Shown here piece after piece: positions 11,491 to 21,748 of a stretch of 64,000 nucleotides of DNA. The notes beneath the pieces are model-generated. The model made no database searches and was not told the DNA's origin. It saw only the letters and a program-made list of their open reading frames with translations. Made by a program: the position numbers and the translations under genes. This DNA is from Zygnema circumcarinatum SAG 698-1b. Taxonomy: Eukaryota; Plantae; Zygnematophyceae. The stretch's first letter is position 1. Each line of letters begins with the position of its first letter. The stretch covers positions 310,001 through 374,000 of the forward strand of contig CM074811.1 of assembly GCA_037447605.1 (NCBI GenBank), in the 5' to 3' direction.

Positions 11491-11994
11491 TCTTCCTAAC
11501 GACCTTCACACGGATCTTGCTGCTCCATGCGGAGCTTTTTCACGGAGCGTTTTACGGTAACTGACACATGTGTCGGCCGCCCCCCTGAATACCGACAGGG
11601 CAGGCGCGGTTTTGGGGGCGGAGGGAGCCATGGCGGCCTGCGAGGGAGGGAGCGGCGGTAGATGTAACCGCCGGGGGGGGGGCCATAGATAAGGGGGCGG
11701 GAGGGGCGCGGTGGTAGTTGTACGGACGGGTGAGGAGTGGGATAGGGAGAGGGAGAGGGAGGAGGAGAGGGAGAGGAAGAGGGAGGAGGAGCGGGAGGAG
11801 GAGAGGGAGGAGGAGAGGGAGACGGAGAGAGGTGAGAGAGAGAGGTGTGGCCTACAGGGTGGACAGGGAGCGGCATCGTGGGGAGGGGGTGGAGAGAGAG
11901 GAGGGCGCGAGAGGGGGGCTGAGGGAGTGAAAAGGGGGGGGGTTGGATGCGTTTCTTGACAGCGAGAGGAGGGTTTGTAGGAGGAGAGGGAGCC

Positions 11995-12265
11995 ATGGCC
12001 TCGCTGGCGGGTGGTATTGCGGTAGAGAGGATGGAGAAAGAGATTGGGAGAGAGGAAGGAAGCGAAAGCGCAGCCCATGCAGCTAACAGTGTGAATGTTG
12101 GAACCCACCTTTCCAATAATACAAATGTCGGCAGTTCAGGCGGAGGGGCAGCGGGAGGAGTAGCAGCATCAGCACCAACAGGAGGGAGCGTAGGCGTAGG
12201 TGCGGGAGGAGGTGTGGGAGGAGGAGCGGGAGGACCTCCTCCTCCGCCTCCTCTCTCTTCTCTGA

Positions 12266-12299
<34 letters not shown>

Positions 12300-15200
12300 A
12301 GAGATGGCAAATCTTATGTCTCTCATAAATGGGCCTCTCAACACTCCTCCCTCCCTCCTCCTGCTCGACCCCTCCTCCTCTAACCCTGAGAATGGGGTCA
12401 CTCTCATGCAGCAGCAGCAGCACTACCCCAATATGCATGACAACGCGCTGCAGGTATTAAACCTTTACAAGATGCTAGAGAGCAACGGGAACGGAGTGGG
12501 AGTGGGAGGGGGAGTGGGAGGAGCATACAGCGCGCTAGCGCATGTGCAGGAGAGGCTGGCGCACATGAAACTCATGAGGGACAGAGGAGAGGAGGTGGGA
12601 GGAGGGGAGGGAGGGGGGCAGGGGTTGAACGGAGGCCACGGAGGAGGTGGAGGAGGTGGAGGAGGGAGAGGAGGGAGAGGAGGGGTCAGTGATAGCATGC
12701 GGGAGCTCGAGGACCTCCTCACAAAGCTTAATCCTTTGGCTAAGGAATTTGTTCCTCCGGGACAAGTGGAGGAGGAGGCAGCCTCGTCTTCACCTCCTGC
12801 AGCCACACAGAAGCAACACAACGGGCAGCGGAAGGTTAGAAAGAAAAGAAAAAGAAGGGCAATATGGATGGAGCAGGCCTAATTAAGGCGATTTCAAAGA
12901 ATTTGCTGACTTATTGATGTGGTGGTTGAGTGAGATAGCATGAGGGAGGAGAGAAATTGGAAGGAGTCTATTGCGTGTTGGTTTGAGGGAGGGGTAGAGG
13001 GAATTGGCTGGTGCGAATGAAGGAAAGGGACTGGGAAGGACGAGTTCTTGGAACAGAAAGCTGTTGGATAGTCGAATTTCCCGAATTGAGGGTGTTTGGA
13101 TTGATGGTCTTCCTTAATGGGGGTTTTCTGAATTGGGGCTTCATGAACTGTGGTTTTGAGATTTGGGATTTCCGATGTCCGATTCAAAGTTTTCCGACCA
13201 GGGATTGTTTTGAGTTGGGGTTTTCCGAATCGAGGTTTCCTTATTCTTGTGTGGTGTGTGGAGGATCTGTTTTCTTCAGAAGAACGGATTCAATGGGAAG
13301 AACAAGAAGAACTCTGCAAGGAGCAGCCGTGCTCAGCGGGAAGACAGTATCAGGAGAACCGTCTACGTGTCTGATATTGACCAGCAGGTACGCCGGAACT
13401 GGGAGCGTAGAAGTTACATGCTTAACCCTCTCTCTCCCTCTTTCTCCCTCTCTCTCCCTCTCTTTCTCTCTCTCTCTCCCTTCACTGGAGATAGCCCGAT
13501 GTTGACAGGCCCTTTCTGCGATGTGTAAGAGCATCTGTCTAGCAAATCTAGTAGTAAGGAGTTAACGCATGCATTATTCTGTTATGTATGACCCCTCACT
13601 ATGCGGGGCTTGATTGCAATGTTTGCAGGTGACCGAGGAACAGTTGGCTGCTCTATTTATCACTTGTGGTCAGGTGGGTTCAAAACTTGTGGGAGAGGAA
13701 AGGTTTGACTGAGAAAGATAGCTTGCAGGAATCCCTTGTCGATACCATTATGAGCTCTGAATTATGATTCGCTACATGCTGTCCTCTTCTACATGCGTCG
13801 TTAGAGCTTGTACGGTCATGTCTTGACTGAGAAACGAAGAACTCGCAGGAAATTTTGAAAAGGGACTCAAAAACAAAAAACTCGGGTTTGCAGGTGGTCG
13901 ATTGCCGTGTCTGCGGCGACCCCAATTCCGTCCTTCGCTTTGCTTTTGTGGAATTCACAGATGAAGGTGAAAATGGATTTCATCATTACCATGGAAACGA
14001 TTGCCCGATAGATTTGGTGTGATGTGATGTGATGTTTTGCCTTGTGATGCATTGCCATGTAAAGAATCTCATGTTTCCCTGCAGAGACAGTCTGCTGATA
14101 AATGTTGCGAATTTGGTGATAGACGACATACTTACCCACCTATATTTCATGTTTAATTTTTGCAGAGGGGGCTCGGAATGCACTTAATCTTGCGGGTACT
14201 GTGCTCGGCTACTACCCAGTGAGAGTGCTGCCTTCCAAAACAGCCATAGTTCCGGTCAACCCAACGTTCTTACCACGGGTAAGAAAGATTCCAGCAAGGA
14301 GACAAAATCATAAGATGAAGGAGAAAAATTCTCTCCTTGGTTCACGCTTTATCACTGTTTGCAGACTCGAAATCAGTTGGAATCAGTTGGAATCAGTTGG
14401 AATCAGTTGGAATCCGTCGGAATCAGTTGGAATCAGTCGGAATCAGTTGGAATCAGTCGGAATCAGTTGGAATCAGTCGGAATCAGTTGGAATCAGTTGG
14501 AATCAGTTGCGTTAGTTGAGAGTGGAACATGTATTGCCAGTTGGTTTTTCGGAGATTCTCTCTTCCATAGGAAGGAGAGTAGATGTGGAAATTGAGGGGT
14601 ATTGAAAAAATGGATTGTTTTTGCTGAATGGCAGTCGGAGGATGAACGTGAGCTTTGTGCAAGAACCATTTACTGCACGAACATAGATAAGAAGGTGGGC
14701 TTTTTTTGACAAGCATTTTTTTGCGTATTTCCACCCCATCAGAGAAGCTCGCAAATATTCCTTATTTTTTGCTTGTGTTTTGTATGGGTAGATGCAGAGA
14801 ATGGTGAGATCATCTCCATGCTGTTGCAGACCTAGTTGTCAGTTTTACGCTAAACTAAGTGTTTTTCTATGCTGATTTTCAGGTTACCCAAGCGGATGTG
14901 AAGCTGTTTTTCGAGTCCCTTTGTGGCGAGGTGACCACTCTCAACCTTCGACTTTCACCGAATTTCGTTTTTCTGGTTCGCTTGTTTTTTTCTGTTCCCT
15001 TCATTCGTTCCTTCTTTCATAAGGTTCTTGAAACCTTTCGCGGGAGAGTAGCTAAAAAATTCTGTAGGAGGTTCTGAGCTTGGAATTTTTTTCATGTGAC
15101 AGGTTGCCCGTCTAAGGCTCCTTGGAGACTATCATCACTCCACTCGAATTGCTTTTGTTGAGTTTATCATGGTGAGAACAATCGTTGCGCCCCTCCCCTC

Positions 15201-15643
15201 CCTCCCTCCCTCTCCTCCCTCCCNNNNNNNNNNCTCCCCTCCCTCCCTCCTCTCCCACCTGTGCTGTGCCTTCTGTTTTCTTTCAACTGCTTTCTGTCTT
15301 TGCCCCCCCTGTCTCCCTCTCTCTCTCTCTCTCTCCCTGTCTCTCCTCTTCCTTCTCTCCCTCTCTCTCTCTCTCTCACACACACTCTCTTGGAGGATGG
15401 CAGGCGGAAAGTGCCATGGCTGCTCTCAACTGCAGCGGAGCCATCCTCGGGTCCTTGCCAATTAGGTCAGCCCTCAAACCCTGCACGCGTGTATCCCCTT
15501 CTATGTCCTCCAAACTGACCCACCGTTCTACTGAACGCTCGTCTCCCTTAACTGACAGCATGTAACGGGGCGCATGGAACAGAGTGAGTCCGTCCAAGAC
15601 CCCCGTGAGGCCACGGACTCCCCGGCCTCCGGGAATGCACTGA
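11995..15643 (+). CDS. CID: Polyadenylate-binding protein-interacting protein, CTC-interacting domain (CID8-13 type): PAM2 motif plus two RRMs; about 10 exons
   Basis: PAM2 motif LTKLNPLAKEFVP. RRM1: RRTVYVSDIDQQ|VTEEQLAALFITCGQ|VVDCRVCGDPNSVLRFAFVEFTDE|EGARNAL. RRM2: RTIYCTNIDKK|VTQADVKLFFESLCGE|VARLRLLGDYHHSTRIAFVEFIM|AESAMAALNCSGAILGSLPIR|VSPSKTPVRPRTPRPPGMH*. The junctions checked are GT-AG and in frame. Confidence 0.93.
14371..14510 (+). repeat. 10-bp minisatellite, 14 copies of AATCAGT(T/C)GG, inside a CID intron
   Basis: Direct reading of 14 consecutive units; one variant aatccgtcgg and a last unit aatcagttgc. Confidence 0.95.
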
Positions 15644-17583
15644 ACGGAAAACGGAACGGTGTCGCGCACATAGATCGATGTACACAGCAGCAGACCTTAA
15701 ACGGCAATCAGCAGCGGGTGGTGGGAAGAAGAGCACCCTCACAGGTCCTCTGGGGGGGCAAAGAAATTCTTTAGGGCCCCTCCGTCTACATGTGCATTAA
15801 TCATGGGTCGGCGTGAAAGTCCTTTAAGTTTTTTATTTTCAAGAATCGGCTTCAGATTTATTTTGGGGTTTCAGGAATCGCAATGTTTGGGCAGCATCCT
15901 TTCTGTGCATTGCGCAATAAGTCTGCATTTTGCGAAGTTCTACACGCAGGAAAGAACTCCGTTGTAGATTAAGACGACAGTGGAAGGATGGGACGCAACG
16001 AGGAGGGGAAGGGGGAGAGAGAGGGAGAGAGAGGGAGAGAGAGGGAGAGGGGGGAGTGGGGAAGGGGAGGTGGGAGAACAAGCAGCCGTGAGAGAGCAGG
16101 AGTGGGAGGAGAAGCGACTCGGTGCCGATCGGGAAAGGGGAGGAGGAGGCGCTGACACGTGGCTCGGCTCTGCTCTTTGAGGGAAGCTAGTTCTCATCCA
16201 GTTAGCCCGGGAGGGAGCCGCAGAAAAAATTAGGGTTTTAAGATCTTTGGTGTAGCGCTTGGTGGCTCTCAGTCCTGAGCAGGCAGCTGAGAAGGGAACC
16301 TTTTTGTTTCGGTTTCTCTTCTGTTTGTTTCTTCCGTTTTTTGATGTCGGTGTCCATTCCGGGAAGGTGTGTCGATGCATACGGGGTGAAAAGAGAGAGA
16401 AGTTGAGAGAGAGAGATAGAATTTGAGAGAGAGAGAGAGAGAGGGAAAGAGAGTGACATGCTCCGGCCATTTGGGGTCTCTGAATAATCTGCAAAAGGTA
16501 GAGACAGGAGTTGTGGAGATGACTCAATTGGCCTGAGCGGCAAGTTCTAATTTATTGTAAATTTATATTGTGGGTGCCTGTGTGGGGGGGGAGGGAGGGT
16601 TGGGGGTTGATTCATTCTTCCTGTTCTAGTAATCCGTAGCTTTCAATGAGCTTATGTGACGATGCTCTTTCAGCATTTTTTGAAAGAAAATGGTTTTGTA
16701 TACGTCGCTTAAGATGGTAGCGTTCAGAATTTAGGGTTTGCGGGGTTTCTATGTCGTGTTGGACGTCCCTTGTCCTTTTTTTCCTTGTGATGGAAGGATT
16801 GGGCAAGGACCCATGTCGGCATGTTTGCATGCTTTAGCACAATAGAGGATGATGATGTTTCTAATCTGACTTTCGAGTCTTTGCTTGTCGAAGCTATGTA
16901 ATAGGCCTGTTGTGTGAAGTAGTTATGTTGTCATATGGTCCCTTCATGAATCACTTATTCAAAATGTTTGAATGTATATGTGTATACATATGTGTTAATG
17001 TAAGCCACATATAACCAAGCATGTTCGGAAGGTCGAGTTGATTGTGATTATGTGCAGACATAGTGATGGAATGCTTGTGAGGGAAAATGGCATTGATCTC
17101 ATGTATGGCGAGGCCATCAAATGTACATGGCCAACATCAGCATGGGGAACCACGATGAACTAGTTGCAAAGGATCTAAGCACAACAGAAAGAAGCTAAGA
17201 GCAGAAAGGCTGTTGTTGTGTGGAAGCATTTCCTCATCCGACCGTTGTCTTCGAGACCAACCGTTGGCAAAACCAATGGTTGGCTCATTCACCCCCTCTG
17301 GTAAAGCGTAACGAAACCGGACTTGGACCGGCACACGAGGATCACAGCGAACCGGCTCGGCCGAAAACTCCCCACAACGACAATACCTTGCGTTCACACG
17401 GGGACATTTTTCTGTCCAGGTCAGCCCGGGGGGTCCTGCCAGGGGGGGGTCTCCATATTGAAGGTCATTTTGAGCAAGGCCAATCACACGTTGTCATGTC
17501 AGCATATATCTTGACGTGGCACTCCATGATTGGCGTATGCCGGAAAAAAGTCCCGTCGGACCGCTCCGCTGGACGCTTCCGGA

Positions 17584-17657
<74 letters not shown>

Positions 17658-17728
17658 CCCGCTCTCTCGTCTCCTCTCATTACCTTTTCTCTCGTCTCCT
17701 CCTCTCTCTATTAAAGCACAGAGTAGCC

Positions 17729-19033
17729 ATGGCTTCCGCCCTTCTCCAGTCTTCATCTCTCCTTTCTCCTTCGCTGACGTCAACTGTATTTAATAGATAC
17801 GGTAGGCAGAGCACAGATTGTAGGGTGGATATGGAAGCTTCTGGGAAGCTTTCCTCTGAATTCAAACGAACTTTTTGCGGCATAATTGGCAAAGGAAGAG
17901 CACACATTCAGTCGAAAACAAGGCAAGGTACAGTATAAGGCTGCTTGTTTTTAATATAAGCATTTGTAGGTTTCAAATATTCTTCTCTTAATTCTTATCA
18001 TTTATTATATTTCTTTATTTAAATATTCTTAAGTGGGCTGTTTGCCCTCTTTTATTCTCAGTGGTTTACGCGGGAGCGAGTGAAGTGAAGCCGGCGGTGC
18101 CCGAAGAGAAGAAGGCTGAGGGGGACGTCTTTACTTATAAGCACATTCTGCTCCCAATTGTTGACAAGGACCCGTACCTCTCCAGCGCTACTCGCCAGGT
18201 ACAGGTTCTAAGATGCCTATCCTGCACGCCCGAGATAAAAGTTTTGTGTCAGGGTCTTTCGTATGTGGGTTTTTTCCTTGTGGGCTCAATTTCTCTCTCC
18301 TGAAGAAAGCTGTAACGGCTCTGCCAAGTGAAGTTTCGGGTCGGTAGTGTTTTCATAGTAAGCAATGACCAATGTATATTAAGCAAAGAGAATGCTTAGA
18401 AGACTGCCAGCCTAAGGAAGAAGTTAAATATACGTCACAAGGGATGAGTCTCACTCGCTTCGAAAGCGTCAGCGACTGCGCTTTACCTCATGACATTTTG
18501 ACTTTCTTGAGTGCTCACAGTTTGAAACTCTTTTTGTTGTTACATTATTGAAATGTATTTGTTTTTTCATGTTCGACTTATTTTTCTCTTCAGGCAGTTT
18601 GATTGTTGAAGCTAATTCAGAATCAAGCTCTTCCTTGTTCGCCTTCGGCTTTGATGTAGGACTCTTGGATGCTGTAGCACTCACCAGATATTTTATTGTA
18701 CATTTTTGTTTTCTATTGGACTCGTTCTGTAACTCTGAATAGCAAAACACCGGCAGAGCTGGTTTTCCCAGCGCCTATTTAACGAAATAGGGGGGTACCT
18801 TTTGGCAGGCCTTGGCTGTGACAACGAATTTGGCGAAAAAAAACGACGCAGATATTACCGTCGTTGGTAAGTTGTCTCTCCCTTGAATGTTTTCTGCATA
18901 CAATAGGAGCAGTTAAAGGTATTCTTTTTTTCTTTTTTAGCCAAATATATACGAAGATATAGACCTTCTCCTTCTTGCTTTTTTGCTGAGTTCGTTCAAA
19001 AACGAGATGTTTCCTTCTCGCTCTCCCTCTCAC

Positions 19034-19081
<48 letters not shown>

Positions 19082-19912
19082 CTCATTCATTTCACAGAAT
19101 TTGTGGTTTCGCTTGTCTTTTGATGAACCTACTAGGCTTCCTTGCAGGGAGCTTTTTCTACTTCTGAACTACCTTTTTTTATGAGGGCTGACATTGTTCT
19201 CTTGCATGGCAGTAATTGACGAGAATGAGAAGGACCAAATTGCTGATCATGATACCAGAATTAAGACCATTCGATGGCACTTGTCTGAAGGTGAGGCTTG
19301 AAATTTGAATTTTGTTTTGACCTCTCTCCTTAAAACCTTACGTTCTCAGACCTCCTCAGAGAAAGGTTGTACTCTGCATAGTATTCCCCCTTTCTCTCCC
19401 CTCTCTCCCCCCCTCTCTCACTCACTCTCCCCCCCTCTCTCTCACTCTCTCTCCCCCTCTCTCTCTCACTCTCTCTCCCCCCCTCTCTCTCTCTGTCCCC
19501 CCTCTCTCTCACTCTCTCCCCCCCCTCTCTCTCTGTCCCCCCCTCTCTCTCACTCTCTCCACCCCTCTCTCTCTCTCTCCCCCCCTCTCTCTCACTCTCT
19601 CTCCCCCTCTCTCTCTCTCTCTCCCCCTCTCTCTCACTCTCTCTCTCCCCATAATTTCTCAACTGCCACTCCTCCGTCGGTCTATGAGGAATTTAACTCC
19701 TCCTTTGTTCTGAATCAGGAGGATTCGAGGAGTTCGGGCTCTTGGAGAAGTTGGGGGAGGGAAAGATGCCTGCCGCTGTGGTGGGGGAGGTGGCGGACGA
19801 TTTGAATCTGGACCTCGTGGTTCTCAGCATGGAAACCGTCCATTCAAAACATGTCGATGCCAACCTGTTGGCCGAGTTCGTACCGTGCCCCGTCCTGCTG
19901 CTCCCTCTATGA
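17729..19912 (+). CDS. Plastid-targeted universal-stress-protein-like (adenine nucleotide alpha hydrolase fold) protein, resembling At5g66090; 5 exons
   Basis: Ser-rich transit-peptide-like exon 1, then KHILLPIVDKDPYLSSATRQ|ALAVTTNLAKKNDADITVV|VIDE...IKTIRWHLSEG|GFEEFGLLEKLGEGKMPAAVVGEVADDLNLDLVVLSMETVHSKHVDANLLAEFVPCPVLLLPL*. All introns GT-AG and in frame. Confidence 0.9.
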
Positions 19913-19929
19913 GAGCTCATGGAGCAGGT

Positions 19930-20320
19930 TTTGAATTGGGCCACTTGGTAGGGAGGAGAGGGGAGGAGAGGGAGGAGAGGAGAGGGAGGGAGGGGAGGGG
20001 ATGAGAGGGAGGAGAGGAGAGGGAGGGAGGGGAGGGNNNNNNNNNNGGAGGGGAGGGGAGAGAGGAGAGGAGAGGAGAGGGAGGGAGGGGAGGGGAGAGA
20101 GGAGAGGAGAGGGAGGGAGGGGAGGGGAGGAGAGGGAGGATAGAGGGAGGGAGGGGAGGGGAGGAGAGTGAGGAGAGGAGAGGGAGGGAGGGGAGAGGAG
20201 GGGAGAGGAGAGGAGAGGGAGGGAGGGGGGGGGAGGAGAGGGAGGATAGAGGGAGGGAGGGGAGGGGAGGGGAGGAGAGGGAGGAGAGGGAGGGAGGGAG
20301 GGAGGGGAGGAGAGGGAGGG
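19930..20320 (+). repeat. Polypurine (GGA/GAG-rich) tract immediately 3' of the USP stop codon; contains a 10-N gap
   Basis: Nearly pure G/A on the + strand; Ns at 20037-20046. Confidence 0.9.
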
Positions 20321-21382
20321 GCCCACATCGGCCATTAGCCAACGTGGAATTTTTGTTTACTTCTTTGTAGGGTTATGCTCTGTACATTTGGCGTGCTTTG
20401 GCTATAGTGATTGGACAGCGAGCTCCTTAAAAGAAATAGATGAGCACGAAGTGCTCAAGTTGGTAGGTCTCTTGATGTGAAGTTGTTGAACAAGTGGGCT
20501 TTGACGTTGCTTAGGTGTTGAGTTGATGATTACTCGTGGTTTGTGAGTTGGAATGTAAGGGATTATTGGCCATGTTTGAAACCAGAAGCGGAGGATGGGT
20601 TTCGAGTCCCTTGGGAGGCTCGACTTGGGGCAGGTTCGAATGTGATGTCGGACCCACCACTGAAAGCATCATTCACACATGGGACATGTCGTCCATGTTC
20701 AACATTTTTGCAGCACATGAAACAAACTTGGTGCTTCTAGAAACCATGGCCAGGGCGTCAGACCAATGCCGATCCACATTCCAAAACAAGCTTCCCGTTA
20801 GCAACATGGTAGCACGAGTGTTATAGTACCATGTTTGCACCCACAATCTACAAATAGGTTAGTCACAACAATAACATGCATAGTGGAGCATGCATGGATG
20901 CATGCGTGAACAATGACGATCGTCTAGAAGGTCCACAACATGAACTAGTTTTTGCTAGTTTCTGGCCCCTGATGGGGTGCAAATGGGGCCTAAGGCCAAA
21001 GAAAGCCCGCGGGAAGCATCCATCGGATCCGGCGAGCGTCGAGATCGTTTCGGATAGCGCCCGAGGGCCCGAGGACGCCGTGGCCAATATCTTCAAAAGC
21101 ATCGACGGCTGTTCGAATGCCACGTAGGACACTCGATCAGTCTCGGGTTCTCGCCGCCGTCCGATTACCTCTCGGGAGCGCGAAACATCATCGGATGTGA
21201 TGTGAGCCTGGTCCTTCCTGTAACGGTGTCAGGTGTAACATATGAATTGAGCCATATGAACATCACTTTTGTCCCCTTCAACATCACTTTGGTCCCCCGG
21301 GTCATCTCTTTGGAAGGAGAGCCTTGGAAGGAGAGAGGAGCTGCTGTGGGTGTTTTCTGAGTCTGCGGAGGAGCTTGCAACC

Positions 21383-21748
21383 ATGGCGTCTCTTGCAGTG
21401 ACTTGCGCGACGGTGCTGCCCATCTCTGCTACCTTCGTGGCGCCTGCAAAGAAATTGTCGCTGCAGTCCGCGCGCGCGAGCAGCAGCAGGAGGGCGGCGA
21501 GCCGCTGGGTGATGTCAACTGCCCCGACGCCTCTTGATGACAAGATCGAGAAGGGAATCAAGGAAGCGACAGAAGTTTGCGCAGATCCCAACCAGACGGA
21601 GGAGTGCGCCGTCGCATGGGATGAAGTGGAGGAGCTTTCGGCTGCGAAGGCAGATCAGGTGTTGAAGAACAAGCAGTCGTCGGATCCATTGGAAGCTTTC
21701 TGCGAGGAAAATCCGGAGTCGGATGAGTGCAGAGTCTACAGCGACTGA
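21383..21748 (+). CDS. CP12: Calvin cycle protein CP12, chloroplast; intronless
   Basis: Transit peptide, N-terminal Cys pair C-x8-C (CADPNQTEEC), AWDEVEELSAA core motif, and C-terminal DPLEAFCEENPESDECRVYSD with the second C-x8-C. Confidence 0.97.
   Translation: MASLAVTCATVLPISATFVAPAKKLSLQSARASSSRRAASRWVMSTAPTPLDDKIEKGIKEATEVCADPNQTEECAVAWDEVEELSAAKADQVLKNKQSSDPLEAFCEENPESDECRVYSD

Noticed and set aside
11496-12438. Long Pro-rich minus-strand ORFs (303, 200 and 89 aa)
   Set aside because: Antisense shadows of the G-rich CID exon 1 and GA-rich leader; no domain or splice support.
14371-14510. Regular repeat array that could be mistaken for CRISPR
   Set aside because: Head-to-tail 10-bp units with no spacers, located in a eukaryotic intron.
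15470-15565. Apparent read-through C-terminus SALKPCTRVSPSMSS... of the CID protein
   Set aside because: It is intron sequence; splicing at AG|gtcagc to aacag|AGTGAGT restores the conserved RVSPSKTPVRPR ending.
16846-16870. Box C (ATGATGA) and CTGA, as in a C/D snoRNA
   Set aside because: The boxes are only about 12 nt apart, with no terminal D box or terminal stem at 60-100 nt; kept only as weak context in the orphan-unit finding.
17140-17165. CTAG|T as a Helitron 3' end beside the dispersed repeat
   Set aside because: No convincing GC-rich hairpin upstream, and the second copy lacks CTAG.
20320-20331. GCCCACATCG, similar to the plant snRNA upstream sequence element (RTCCCACATCG)
   Set aside because: No TATA box at the expected distance and no recognisable snRNA or telomerase RNA downstream.
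19693-20342. Pro/Ser/Leu-rich minus-strand ORFs
   Set aside because: Translations of the polypurine tract; they run through an N gap.
20628-20650. GGTTCGAAT, resembling a tRNA T-loop/B-box
   Set aside because: No complementary T-stem (GCAGG is not matched by CCTGC) and no cloverleaf upstream.
20872-20910. RY (CATGCA) motif cluster upstream of CP12
   Set aside because: CATG-rich stretches occur throughout the intergenic and intronic DNA here (for example 7830, 16820), so it is not distinguishable from background.
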